Shown here one piece after another: positions 41,801-51,076 of a stretch of DNA of 64,000 nt. The first letter of the stretch is position 1. Every line of letters begins with the position of its first letter. The stretch comes from Armatimonadota bacterium. Its GTDB lineage: Bacteria; Armatimonadota; SYMT01. The translations under genes were made by a program, and so were the position numbers. The notes beneath the pieces were generated by a model. The model did not search any database and was not told where the DNA came from. It worked only from the letters and a program-made list of their open reading frames with translations. Where the stretch lies: NCBI GenBank assembly GCA_041690135.1, contig JAWLHY010000001.1, positions 256,001-320,000 on the forward strand, given 5' to 3'.

Positions 41801-42701
41801 CACCGCCGTCAACACGCAACGCCAGGCGCTGGGGAGGGAGTGGCTCGACGCCGCGGCGGGCGCCCACAGCCTGGAAGCCGAAGTCGAAGCGGGGGAGAAT
41901 GAGGGTGACGGTCCGGAACAGCCGCTGGAGCCGGTAGCGCTGACCGTGGAGGGGCTCCTGGCGACCTGGAATGCCGCAGCCGCGGAAGAGGTCCTTTCCT
42001 CCTACTCCGATGCGGAGAACGAGATCGCCCGCCTGCGGCGGCAGATCCGCTCCCTGGGCCCGGTGAACCCGGATGCGGTGGATCAGTATGAGCAGGCGAA
42101 GGAGCGCTACGACTTCCTCACGACGCAGCGGGCCGACCTGGAAGCCGCCCGGGAGCAACTGGAGACCGCCATCCGGGAAATCGACACGGCCAGCCGGGAG
42201 ACCTTCCTGCGCGCCTTCCAGGAGATCGCCGCGGCGTTCGACGTGATGTTTAAGAAGCTCTTCGGCGGCGGGACTACGGAACTGCGGCTCACTAACCCGC
42301 AGGACATTCTCGAAACGGGCATCGATGTGATCGTCCAACCGCCAGGCAAGAAACAGCAGAACCTGCTGTTGCTCTCCGGTGGCGAGCGGGCCCTGACGGC
42401 TTCCGCGATGCTTTTCGCCCTGCTCACCGTGCGCCCGAGCCCGTTCTGCGTGATGGACGAGATCGACGCGCCCCTGGACGAGACCAATGTCCGGCGGTTC
42501 ATCGACGTGTTGAAGAGCTTCGCGGGCCGCACGCAGTTCATCATGGTGACCCACAACCGGGGCACCATGGAGGGCGCCAACCAACTGTATGGCGTGACGA
42601 TGGAGGAGCGCGGGGTGAGCCGCGTGCTCTCCTGCACCCTCGACGACCCTGTCATCGCGACGACGACGACCGAACATGCGAGCAGCGTGGCTGGAGCTTG
42701 A
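38844..42701 (+). CDS. smc: Chromosome segregation protein SMC
   Basis: GFKTFA, GPNGSGKSN Walker A, hinge G-X6-G-X3-GG, LSGGE signature, MDEIDAPLD Walker B. Confidence 0.97.
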   Translation: MYLKNLHIHGFKTFAEKTQIVFNPGITCIVGPNGSGKSNITDAVLWVLGENNVRELRGTTSQDVIFAGNDRRRPLGMAEVSLTIDNSERILPLDFSEITVTRRLYRSGESECRINNVACRLRDIYELFLDTGVGRDGYSQIGQGEIDQILSVRSEDRRAIFEEAAGIKKYRVRKREAERKLENTQQNLVRVHDIIGEIEGQLGPLQRQANAARRYRELASRLRLLEHAWYGSKLTRLTAEREQLTKLVAELTEERKRLEAELATAQADEKAVRKSQEQLDQQVEAQRQHETGALQRIAAAETEKARAEERSGEVQRRLKALANELEDLARRIEEQVRRAEEINREEIQLKRDVDGLRGELSSAQLRSQEAAKVHQQTAAELERRRQAWLARARREAELEARVQSVTARVQGLEQQRKRAAEALEDGEAEQQRLHAERESFLGAAGQQRERAQALQAELDATRADSRKSEEATATARSALDGATRALQTHRARLQALSELGERGEGAAAGARKLLEAARRGHVKGKFSLLVEGFSVPAGTEKAVEAALGVYGDALLCDSPEYALNALRWLKNQKATALILPELPSAAAKPLSGSIGEAVGSGEDSDGPHAPSSPAPLLAESGAAVAWARHLLAGTFLVESLDQPVNQPTSQLPQPEPNPRQTAPATDTQQPANLPTFQPSNPDPDLGQPISRLWVTRTGEWRSEQGALSGGPMGAEGSAGAALARRRELDRLTQELPALEAAVEEARERVRKAETEAKRLQSALREKQSQSDAARLEHQAQLREADRRKADVERAGHRVERLKQDLARAEREYTAAQESLRQAEVEKERLARGEGEAAAGDVDEAAIRAGQERVAQLETERRAADTAVADLRVRVAQQEQRLQGVIAAGRRAAEAGVFLDRQRADRLKEQRTLIAEGEQRTLTFATLAQEVAEAQAQRDEARATLGRLAEERQKLNAELERARARGADLQARLRELMERSHRVEVELTAVNTQRQALGREWLDAAAGAHSLEAEVEAGENEGDGPEQPLEPVALTVEGLLATWNAAAAEEVLSSYSDAENEIARLRRQIRSLGPVNPDAVDQYEQAKERYDFLTTQRADLEAAREQLETAIREIDTASRETFLRAFQEIAAAFDVMFKKLFGGGTTELRLTNPQDILETGIDVIVQPPGKKQQNLLLLSGGERALTASAMLFALLTVRPSPFCVMDEIDAPLDETNVRRFIDVLKSFAGRTQFIMVTHNRGTMEGANQLYGVTMEERGVSRVLSCTLDDPVIATTTTEHASSVAGA

Positions 42702-43806
42702 TCTGGAGGCCTACCGGGGCAACCTCCGGGCCTTGGCGGAGTACACCGGGCGACCGGTGCTGGCCGTGGTGAAAGCCAACGCGTACGGTCACGGGATGGT
42801 CCGGATGGCGCAATCCGCGCTGGAGGTGGGCGAAGCCGGATGCTGCGGCGTAGCGGTAGCCCTACCCGAGGAAGGCGCCGAACTCCGGGAAACGGGTCAG
42901 ACGGGCCGCATCGTGGTCCTGGGCCTGGCCCTGGAAGAGCAGGCGGGCCTCCTCGTCGAGCACAACCTGGAGGCCGTGGTCACCCGTCCGGAGGTTCTGG
43001 AGGCTTTCGCGGAAGCGGCCGCCCGTACCGGGCGGCGGGCTCGGGTCCACGTGAAGGTCGACACCGGCATGTCCCGCGTGGGGGTAGACCCGGAGGAGGC
43101 GCTCGCCTTCTGCCGGCGCGTCCGCGACACGCCCTCCCTCGACTTGGCCGGAGTGCTCACGCATTTCGCCTGCGCGGAAGAGGAAGACCAGGCCAGCATG
43201 CGGGAGCAGTGGGACCGGTTCGAGCCGCTGCTCCGAGAGTTGCAATCGTGGCCCGCGCGCCCTCTTTTGCATGCCGCCAACAGCGCGGCGGCGCTCTGGT
43301 TTCCACCTGCCCGGCTTGATTGGGTCCGCTGCGGACTGGTGACCTACGGCGTTTCGCCCGCGCCCCGTCCGCTGCCGGTCCCGGTGCGGCCGGTTGCGGC
43401 GCTACGGGGCCGGGTGGTGCAGGTCCGCGAGATCCCGGCGGGCCGCTCCGTCAGCTACGGGGCCACCTGGACCGCGGAGCGCCGTACCCGCCTGGCGCTC
43501 GTACCCCTGGGATATGGGGACGGCTATCCCTGGGCCCTCGGCAACCTGGGAGAGGCAATTCTGCGGGGGCAAAGAGTTCCCATCCGGGGCCGGGTCTGCA
43601 TGGACCAACTCTTGCTGGACGTGACCGACCTGCCACCGGTGGAGCCGGGGGAGGTCGCCACCTTTATCGGCTGCCAGGGTGACGAGTGTATTTCCGTGGA
43701 GAATATCGCCGATCTGGCGGGTACTATCCCCTATGAGGTGTTGACCCGGTTCGCCGCGCGTCTCCCTCGGGTGCCGGTAAACGGCGCCTGTTATAATGGG
43801 GGGTAG
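42676..43806 (+). CDS. alr: Alanine racemase
   Basis: AVVKANAYGHG, HVKVDTGMSRVG, HAANS, GYGDGY, GRVCMDQ, TIPYE. Confidence 0.96.
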   Translation: MRAAWLELDLEAYRGNLRALAEYTGRPVLAVVKANAYGHGMVRMAQSALEVGEAGCCGVAVALPEEGAELRETGQTGRIVVLGLALEEQAGLLVEHNLEAVVTRPEVLEAFAEAAARTGRRARVHVKVDTGMSRVGVDPEEALAFCRRVRDTPSLDLAGVLTHFACAEEEDQASMREQWDRFEPLLRELQSWPARPLLHAANSAAALWFPPARLDWVRCGLVTYGVSPAPRPLPVPVRPVAALRGRVVQVREIPAGRSVSYGATWTAERRTRLALVPLGYGDGYPWALGNLGEAILRGQRVPIRGRVCMDQLLLDVTDLPPVEPGEVATFIGCQGDECISVENIADLAGTIPYEVLTRFAARLPRVPVNGACYNGG

Positions 43807-43814
43807 GCCTGTCC

Positions 43815-44564
43815 ATGATTCCGCTGCACGACGACAACCCGACCCGCTCGACCCCGGTGGTGACGTTCATCCTCATCGTGATGAACGTCGTCGTCTTCCT
43901 GTACCAGCTCAGCATCGGCCTGGACTACTCGGCCTTTGCCTACGGGCTCATCCCGGCCGAGCTCCTGGGCAACCAGCCGCAAGTCCTGCGTGATCCGGAG
44001 TTCACCCGCCGCGCGCTGGAAGCGAACTTCGATCCTTCGTGGGCCACTATCTTCTCGTCGATGTTCATGCACGGAAGCTGGCTCCACATCATCAGCAACA
44101 TGTGGTTCCTCTGGATCTTCGGCAATAACATCGAAGATGCCCTGGGGAAGGTCAAGTACATCCTCTTTTACCTGGCATGTGGAATCGGAGCGGCGCTCGC
44201 GCAGACCTTCCTGAGCGCAAATTCGCCCATTCCCATGGTGGGGGCTTCCGGAGCGCTGGCCGGCGTATTGGGCGCCTACCTGGTGCTGTTCCCCGGAAGC
44301 CGGGTGCTGGTGCTGGTCACCGCATTTATCATCACCACCATGCAGGTGCCTGCCTGGCTGATGCTGGGCTTCTGGTTCTTGTTGCAGGTGATCAACGGTC
44401 TGGTCTCGCTGGGCCCCCAGGCCCCCACCGGAGGCGTGGCCTACGCCGCCCACGTGGGTGGCTTCGTGGTCGGCTGGCTCCTTATCCGGATCCTGGGCGC
44501 CCATCCGCACCGCCGGGAAGAACGACGCTACGAACGCCGCCCGGAGTTCATGGACTGGCGCTAG
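43815..44564 (+). CDS. Rhomboid-family intramembrane serine protease
   Basis: MFMHGSWLH, VGASGA, AHVGGF. Confidence 0.94.
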   Translation: MIPLHDDNPTRSTPVVTFILIVMNVVVFLYQLSIGLDYSAFAYGLIPAELLGNQPQVLRDPEFTRRALEANFDPSWATIFSSMFMHGSWLHIISNMWFLWIFGNNIEDALGKVKYILFYLACGIGAALAQTFLSANSPIPMVGASGALAGVLGAYLVLFPGSRVLVLVTAFIITTMQVPAWLMLGFWFLLQVINGLVSLGPQAPTGGVAYAAHVGGFVVGWLLIRILGAHPHRREERRYERRPEFMDWR

Positions 44565-44610
44565 ATGGATTAGGATAAGGATCTAGATGGATTAGGATAA
44601 GGATAAGGAC
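44563..44610 (+). repeat. TAGATGGATTAGGATAAGGAT duplicated unit with GGATAA hexamers
   Basis: Read directly from the sequence. Confidence 0.8.
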
Positions 44611-45071
44611 TCTGGATCCACGCAATGGGCTTGGTGTGAGACTCGAATCCGGAGTGCGCGCCCTTGAATTGAACGCCTGCTAGGTCGAGCACCCTCTGGT
44701 AGGCCGCTTATTGCAATGGAGAATCATGGATCTTATCGTGCTGATTCGCCCGCTGTGGTGATCAGTCGTTCCCCTCGAATCCTTGGGACTGGGAGAGGGT
44801 TACGCGCTGCGGGAGTGGACTAGAGGCTTGAGTTTTGTCTTTCGGGAGCACAGCCTCGGATGCGGTAGCCAAGGAATGCAAGAAGTGCCTCATCGTGGTC
44901 ACGGGCTCCCCCTCTGTGTCGGAGAGGCCGGGTACCCACGAAGTGGGTGGCGGGGGTGAGGTTACTCTGGTCACCGTACCCGCGATTGCTATCGTTAGCG
45001 TGGCGGCCGGTGTTGAAGGATTGGAACCGGTTGGGGTCTGACGGGCTTCGGCCCGTGGACTACTTACAAAT

Positions 45072-47063
45072 ATGCTAAGACGCTTTCACCCGCTGGTCGG
45101 GGTGCTGTTCGTGATCGGCGCCCTGGCCAGTTTTGTTGCCCTGGCCGCTCGCTACCGCGCGGAGGCTGCGAACCGGCGCGTGGCGCTGGTCCTCGACTAC
45201 GACCAACTTCGGCAGTTGACCACCGCGACGGGCGTCCCGCTGGACGAAGCGCTCCGGCAGCTTAAAGCGGCGGGGATTACGGGGGTGGCGGTGACGGAGG
45301 AAACCATCGCCGACCTGCAGGATGCCGGCGCGCTGGATGTGGAAGCGCAGGCGACATCCACGGGCCGCGTGACCCGGGTCTCCTTCTCCGAACCCGCACT
45401 GGCGGAACGAGTCACCGATCACATCGCCCGGTTCTACGGCGCGACGGAGACCCGGCCGGCGGAGGGGGATTACGTGGTGTTCCCCGGTCCCGGAGGGGGA
45501 GAGGTCTACGTCCCCGGCCGCTACGAAGACCTGCGTCCTGCCGGGATCGGGCTGAACCCGCGGGCCGTGGAGCGGATCAATGCCCTGGACCTGGACCCCG
45601 TGGGGCGGATCTACAGCGCCCTGGGGGCGGACCCGGAGTCGATCCGTTGGAAGCTGAAGCGGCTGTGGGATCGCGGAATCGATACGGTGATCTTCGCCGG
45701 CGAGGAAGTGCTGGGATTCAACAAGCTAATCAACCAGACGGCCGCGGCCTTCCGGGAGTTCAACCTTCTCTACGGCAGCATCGAGTTCGGCAAGCAGCGC
45801 GGGGATGCTGGACTGTCCACCCAGTTAGAGGACCGGCTGGTGCGGGTCCACTCCATTTCGCCGGCGGAGATGGCGCGGTTGATGCCGCACGAGGCGATCG
45901 AACGCTACGTACGGGCCGCGGCGGAACGAAACATCCGGTTGAACTACGTGCGGCTGCCGGTGACGGCTGGTCCTAACACCTTTCAGTCAGCCGTGCAGTA
46001 TGTGGATCGCTTGTCCAACGAAACGGCGCGCTCCGGCTTCGGTCTGGCCTCGCCCCTGCCGTTTAGCCGGGTCTGGCCAACCGATGTTCCGGGACGTCTT
46101 CCGGCCGCGCTGATCGCCCTGGGAGTGGGTGCGGGCGCGGTGATGCTGATGGCCGGAGTCGTGCCGCTTACCGGCGGGCTTCAGGCCGCATTTGGGCTGG
46201 TCGTCGCCCTCGCCTGTGCCGCATTAGCCCTCTCGGGTGTCACCCTGGGCTTGCAACTGGTGGCCCTTCTGGCCGCCGTCGTGTTTCCCACGCTGGGCTT
46301 CGTGCTCTTCCCGCAGCCCGTGGGCGCCTTCGAAGAGCACGAGCACGCCGCCGTGCGGGACCGCAGCGAGGCGATCGTCCCGGCGGTGGGCGAATTCGCC
46401 ATGATCTCCCTCGTCACGCTCATCGGCGCGCTGATGGTAGCGGGGCTCCTCTCCGAGTTGCCCTTCCTGGTGAAGACCAAGGGCTTCATCGGCATCAAGG
46501 CGGCGACGGTTCTGCCGATACTCCTGGTGGGCTGGATCTACCTGACGGGAATGACGGGGCTCTACCCTTCCTGGCAGGCGGAGCGGGCGGCGGTGTCGGA
46601 GCGCCTGCGGCGTTTCTTCGATGAGCCGCTGCGGGTGTGGCACACGGTGGCGGTGTTCGTGGGCCTGGCGGCGGTAGCCCTCCTGGTGCTCCGCTCCGGC
46701 AATGATCCCGGCGTGGGTGTGTCCGACCTGGAGCTGCGGTTCCGGGTCCTGCTCGACCGCATCCTGGGAGTGCGCCCGCGGACCAAGGAGTTTGCGGTGG
46801 GCCACCCGGCGCTGCTCCTGGGACTGGCCATGGCCGTGGCTCCCCGGTGGCGGGTCTGGGCGTTCCCGCTGATCTTGCTGGGGTTGATCGGCCAGTCCGG
46901 AATGCTTAACTCTTTCTGCCATCTGCACACCCCGATCCGGATGACGTTGGTCCGCACGTTCAACGGCTTGTGGTTGGGGGGCCTGATCGGCGTGGTCCTC
47001 ATTCTAATCTGGCAGCGGCTGAGCCAGCCCCGGCGCAGGCCGGATGCCTCCTTGCGTGTATGA
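45072..47063 (+). CDS. DUF5693-family membrane protein (csaB-associated)
   Basis: IFAGEEVLG, VRVHSI, RAAAERNIR, FIGIK, LRSGN, VRPRTKEF.VGHP, NSFCHLHTP. Confidence 0.85.
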   Translation: MLRRFHPLVGVLFVIGALASFVALAARYRAEAANRRVALVLDYDQLRQLTTATGVPLDEALRQLKAAGITGVAVTEETIADLQDAGALDVEAQATSTGRVTRVSFSEPALAERVTDHIARFYGATETRPAEGDYVVFPGPGGGEVYVPGRYEDLRPAGIGLNPRAVERINALDLDPVGRIYSALGADPESIRWKLKRLWDRGIDTVIFAGEEVLGFNKLINQTAAAFREFNLLYGSIEFGKQRGDAGLSTQLEDRLVRVHSISPAEMARLMPHEAIERYVRAAAERNIRLNYVRLPVTAGPNTFQSAVQYVDRLSNETARSGFGLASPLPFSRVWPTDVPGRLPAALIALGVGAGAVMLMAGVVPLTGGLQAAFGLVVALACAALALSGVTLGLQLVALLAAVVFPTLGFVLFPQPVGAFEEHEHAAVRDRSEAIVPAVGEFAMISLVTLIGALMVAGLLSELPFLVKTKGFIGIKAATVLPILLVGWIYLTGMTGLYPSWQAERAAVSERLRRFFDEPLRVWHTVAVFVGLAAVALLVLRSGNDPGVGVSDLELRFRVLLDRILGVRPRTKEFAVGHPALLLGLAMAVAPRWRVWAFPLILLGLIGQSGMLNSFCHLHTPIRMTLVRTFNGLWLGGLIGVVLILIWQRLSQPRRRPDASLRV

Positions 47064-48139
47064 AGCGACAACAGGTCCTCTTTTCCGGTTACTACGGGTT
47101 CGGCAACGCCGGCGACGAAGCGGTGCTGGCCGCCAGCGTGGCAATGTTCCGCCAGAAACGGCCCGACCTGCCGATCCGCGTGCTCTCGGCCGACCCGGCT
47201 GCCACCAGCAGGCAACTTCAGGTGGAGGCTTCGCCCCGGATGAACCCGGCGGCGATCGCGCCCCAGTTGATGAAGACCGGCCTGTTCATCAGCGGTGGGG
47301 GGAGCCTGCTCCAGGATAAGACCAGCACGCGGTCGCTGGTCTACTACCTCACCCTGATCGAGACAGCGCGGCGCTTCGGCTGCAAGACGATGGTCTTCGC
47401 CCAGGGGATCGGTCCCCTGACCCGGGAAGATTCGCGTGTCCGGACCGCTCGGGTGCTGTCTCAGGTGGACCGCATCACCGTGCGGGACGGCGAGTCGGCG
47501 GAGCTCCTGCGGGAGATCGGCGTCAAGCGCGAGATCGAGGTGACCGCCGATCCGGTGTTCGCGATTCCGGCGGGGGAAAGCCTTACGGTCACCGAGGCCA
47601 CCGCGATGGGTCCGGGAATCGGCGTCTCTCTTCGCCCCTGGGAGGGGGTGGACACGCTCCTGGCCCCCCTGGCTGAAGCGCTCGCCCCCTTCGCGGAGCA
47701 GGGCATTCCCATTTATGGCTGGCCCCTCTATCCCGAAGAGGACACCCCGCTTCTCGAAGCTCTCGCCGTGAAACTGCCGGCTCTGCGGATCCTGCGAGGG
47801 CCGTTCACGCCGACCGAGTGGGCTGCGCTGGCACTGCGCACCCGCGTGGCCGTGGGAATGCGGCTACACGCCCTGATCTTCGCCGCGGCGCGGGCCACGC
47901 CGGTCCTCGGCATCAGCTACGACCCCAAGGTCGACGCCCTCCTCCAGCGGGTGCGCGGCACCCTGATCGGCCGTCCCGGCGAGGAGTTGGACGCAGGGGA
48001 ACTGCGCAAGGAGATCGAACGCACCCTGAACGAGGATGAGCGCCGGCGCCGCTCCCGCCAGGAACGGGTCGCGCACCTTCAGTCCCTTGCGGAGCGGAAC
48101 GTCGAGGTCGCCCTGGAGTTGCTGGCAACCAGCAGTTAA
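47060..48139 (+). CDS. csaB: Polysaccharide pyruvyl transferase CsaB
   Basis: SGYYGFGNAGDEA, SGGGSLLQDKTS, AQGIGP, VRD, GMRLHALI, SYDPKV. Confidence 0.92.
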   Translation: MKRQQVLFSGYYGFGNAGDEAVLAASVAMFRQKRPDLPIRVLSADPAATSRQLQVEASPRMNPAAIAPQLMKTGLFISGGGSLLQDKTSTRSLVYYLTLIETARRFGCKTMVFAQGIGPLTREDSRVRTARVLSQVDRITVRDGESAELLREIGVKREIEVTADPVFAIPAGESLTVTEATAMGPGIGVSLRPWEGVDTLLAPLAEALAPFAEQGIPIYGWPLYPEEDTPLLEALAVKLPALRILRGPFTPTEWAALALRTRVAVGMRLHALIFAAARATPVLGISYDPKVDALLQRVRGTLIGRPGEELDAGELRKEIERTLNEDERRRRSRQERVAHLQSLAERNVEVALELLATSS

Positions 48140-48163
48140 TCTCAAGTAGTGCACTCCTACAGG

Positions 48164-48216
48164 ATCGGCTGCAGTTGCACTGCAGCCGAAACACTTCGTG
48201 CGCAGTTGCACTGCGC
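48164..48216 (+). repeat. GCAGTTGCACTGC hairpin doublet
   Basis: TCGGCTGCAGTTGCACTGCAGCCGA AACACTTCGTG CGCAGTTGCACTGCG; an inverted homolog lies at 20327-20377. Confidence 0.8.
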
Positions 48217-48358
48217 CGCTCCTGACCTGGGGCCGGCATTCGCGATTTGGGTGAACCAAGACAACTGCGAGGCCACAGGCTTCCAGGCGCCCCCACGGGT
48301 GCGCCTGCCGGTCCCCCCTCGATGCATTTGGAAGGCGTTTGATCCCCGAGGAGGTTGT

Positions 48359-49312
48359 ATGAGACGTCCGCGTTGGAGATGGCTGGGTGCGCTCCTCGGC
48401 CTGGTCGGCATCGGACTTACGGTTAGTAGCGCTCGCGGGGCGGATGCTCCCCTTCGGGGCGCACGGGAACACCGGTATCCGGGCCTCAGTGATGCGGAAG
48501 CCCGGTGGCAGGGACCGTTCTTCTTCGTCCAACTTGCGGATACCCAGTTCGGCATGTTCGAGGGGGACGCGAAGTGGGAGAAGGAGACCGCCCTGTTCGA
48601 GCAGGCGGTCCGGGAGATCAACCGCATTAAGCCGCGCTTCGTCATCATCTGCGGAGACCTGGTGAACCAGGTGCCCGGCGGCAAGTACCACGCGCCCCAG
48701 GTGGCGGAGTTCCAGCGCATCGCCCGGCGGATCGATTCCCGGATCCCGCTGATCTGTGTCTGCGGCAACCACGATGTAGGCAACCGGCCCACCCCGGACT
48801 CGCTGGCCGTCTACCGCCACGTGTTCGGCGATGATTGGTTCTCGTTCCAGATCGCGGGCCTTTACGGGATTGTCCTGAACTCCAGCCTCTACTGGGATCC
48901 GACCGGAGCCCCCGAAGAGCACGCGAAGCAGGAAGCCTGGTTCGCCGCGGAGCTGGAACGCGCGAAGACCTCCGGCGCCAAACACATCCTGGTGTTTCAG
49001 CACCACCCGTGGTTTTTGAGCAAGCCGGACGACCCGGACCAGTATTTCACCATCCCCCGCGTGAGAAGGGACCCGGCGCTGGCGTTGATGCGGAAGGCCG
49101 GCGTCCGCGCGGTGTTTGCCGGACACTACCACCGGAACGCGCTCGGCCGCGACGGCGACCTGGAGATGATCACCACCAGCGCGGTGGGCAAGCCCCTGGG
49201 CAAGGACCCTTCCGGCTTCCGCATCGTCAAGGTGTTCGAGGACCGCCTGGAGCACCAGTACTACGGCCTGGACCAACTGCCTACTACCGGTATACTTTCC
49301 CCGTCGAATTAG
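48359..49312 (+). CDS. Secreted calcineurin-like metallophosphoesterase (CPPED1-like)
   Basis: GAGGAGG SD, signal peptide, ADTQFG, GDL, GNHD, HHP, GHYH. Confidence 0.9.
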   Translation: MRRPRWRWLGALLGLVGIGLTVSSARGADAPLRGAREHRYPGLSDAEARWQGPFFFVQLADTQFGMFEGDAKWEKETALFEQAVREINRIKPRFVIICGDLVNQVPGGKYHAPQVAEFQRIARRIDSRIPLICVCGNHDVGNRPTPDSLAVYRHVFGDDWFSFQIAGLYGIVLNSSLYWDPTGAPEEHAKQEAWFAAELERAKTSGAKHILVFQHHPWFLSKPDDPDQYFTIPRVRRDPALALMRKAGVRAVFAGHYHRNALGRDGDLEMITTSAVGKPLGKDPSGFRIVKVFEDRLEHQYYGLDQLPTTGILSPSN

Positions 49313-49732
49313 TCCCTTACCATTACGCCTCCGTGCCAAACGCACACCCGTGGCGTTGTTTCGGAGAACTAAGGCGCGTCATTGCGAGCCCCGACCGGTC
49401 CGTCGGGAGGCACGCCTGCCGCGCCTTGGTTTGTGTCGCTTTCAAGTGCGAGAACCGTCCTCTCCGGGGCGTGGCAATCCCCCTGGTGACCACAGTGGGT
49501 CATGATTTCAGCAAGTCGCTCTCCGGCCCCGGAGTTTCGCAAAGCGGACAAATGGTGGCGTAGGCGGCGGCGCGGATTTCATCCCGTCGGGAGTCGTGGC
49601 AGGACTTGAATTCATCCGGCCGGATCCCGCTTATTGTCTCCTGCCGGAGGGCTTGCCGTCCGACCTGACAGAACCGTGTCCTTCCCTGGGTAACACCCCC
49701 CTAACCAACAAACGGTAGGGGAGAACAGGGAA

Positions 49733-51076
49733 ATGGAATACGGATGCAGCGGGGCGCGGCAGGCGGTCCGGCAGGTAGATCGTCGCCGGTTTCTGACGGT
49801 GGGGGCGCTGGGGCTGGGGGGTCTGACCCTGGCCGACGCACTTTCTTTACGGGAGGCCGGCGCGGCCTCGAAGGATGACTATGCGGCCATCCTGCTCTGG
49901 CTCACCGGTGGGCCGAGCCAGTTCGATACCTTCGATCCGAAGCCGGACAGCCCCACGGAGGTGAAGGGACCGTTCGAGGCGATCCCCACGAGCCTGGACG
50001 GCTGCCGGTTTGGTGAAGTTTTTGAGAAGTCAGCGAAGCACGCGCACCGGATGGCGGTGATGCGGAGCGTGTACCATCCCCTGGACCACCATGTGCTGGC
50101 GCAGGGGTGGATGACGGCCGGGCGCCAGCACGACACGATGAACTACCCGCCGATGGGCTCCGTGATGGCGCGCGTGAAACCACAGAACCCCGTGATGCCC
50201 TCGTTCGTTACCGTGCCCCGGCTGAAGGGGATCACCGGCTACGACGAGACGCAGCACTACCAGACGGCGGGCGACCTGGGCCCCGCCTTTAACCCGCTGA
50301 TTCCCGACGGCGTACCGGGCGAGAAGGACTTCGCCCTGCGCGACATGAGCCTTCCGGACGACGTCAATGCGAAGCGGTTCGCGCGCCGCAGCCGCCTGTT
50401 GCAGCAGGTGAACCGGTCCGCCGCTAACAACGGTCCCAAGTCGCCGAACACCAAGATGGAGGCGATCTATGACAAAGCCCTGGAGTTGGTCCATTCCAGT
50501 GCCGTCCACGGGGCTTTCGGCCTGGGTGGCGAGCCGGATAAGCTGCGCGACAGCTACGGGCGGAACGGCTTCGGACAGAGTTGCCTCCTGGCCCGGCGCC
50601 TGGTAGAGAACGGCGTCCGCTTCGTGACGGTGAACTGGCCGGACTTTTATGCCTGGGACCAGCACTCGAACATCAAGGACGGGGTCAAAAAGACCGGCAG
50701 CGTGCTGGACGCGGCCCTGAGCTCATTGCTTGAAGACCTGTCCCAACGAGGCATGCTGAAGCGGACCCTGGTGATGGTGATGGGGGAGTTCGGACGCACC
50801 CCGCGCATGAACCCTTCCGGCGGCCGGGACCACTGGACCCACGGCATGACGGTGCTGATGGCCGGCGCCGGCATCCAGGGCGGCCAGGTTTGGGGCGCCA
50901 CCGGCGACGACGGCTATCCCAGTGACCGCCCGCTTCACGCGCGGGATATGGTCGCCACCGCCTACCAGGCGATCGGCATCAACCCGCACGCCGAGGTCGA
51001 GACGATCAGCGGCCGGCCTTACCAGCTCCTGCAAAACTGTCAGCCGGTCCGCGCCGTGCTGCAAAGCCGTGTCTGA
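49733..51076 (+). CDS. DUF1501-domain protein (Tat-like signal)
   Basis: DRRRFL..G.LG, GGPSQFDTFDPKP, FGQSCLLARRLVENGV, GEFGRTP, GRDHW. Confidence 0.92.
   Translation: MEYGCSGARQAVRQVDRRRFLTVGALGLGGLTLADALSLREAGAASKDDYAAILLWLTGGPSQFDTFDPKPDSPTEVKGPFEAIPTSLDGCRFGEVFEKSAKHAHRMAVMRSVYHPLDHHVLAQGWMTAGRQHDTMNYPPMGSVMARVKPQNPVMPSFVTVPRLKGITGYDETQHYQTAGDLGPAFNPLIPDGVPGEKDFALRDMSLPDDVNAKRFARRSRLLQQVNRSAANNGPKSPNTKMEAIYDKALELVHSSAVHGAFGLGGEPDKLRDSYGRNGFGQSCLLARRLVENGVRFVTVNWPDFYAWDQHSNIKDGVKKTGSVLDAALSSLLEDLSQRGMLKRTLVMVMGEFGRTPRMNPSGGRDHWTHGMTVLMAGAGIQGGQVWGATGDDGYPSDRPLHARDMVATAYQAIGINPHAEVETISGRPYQLLQNCQPVRAVLQSRV

Noticed and set aside
39921-42677. 918-aa minus-strand ORF
   Set aside because: Antisense shadow of smc with no recognisable motifs.
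44632-44800. tRNA or tmRNA end (TGGTG..., TCGAATCC)
   Set aside because: No cloverleaf or acceptor stem can be built on either strand.
49378-49480. GTCATTGCGAG...GTGGCAATCCC motif (also reversed near 38570, partial at 62511)
   Set aside because: Resembles a widespread palindromic repeat, but the copies are too degenerate to delimit; not called as a feature.
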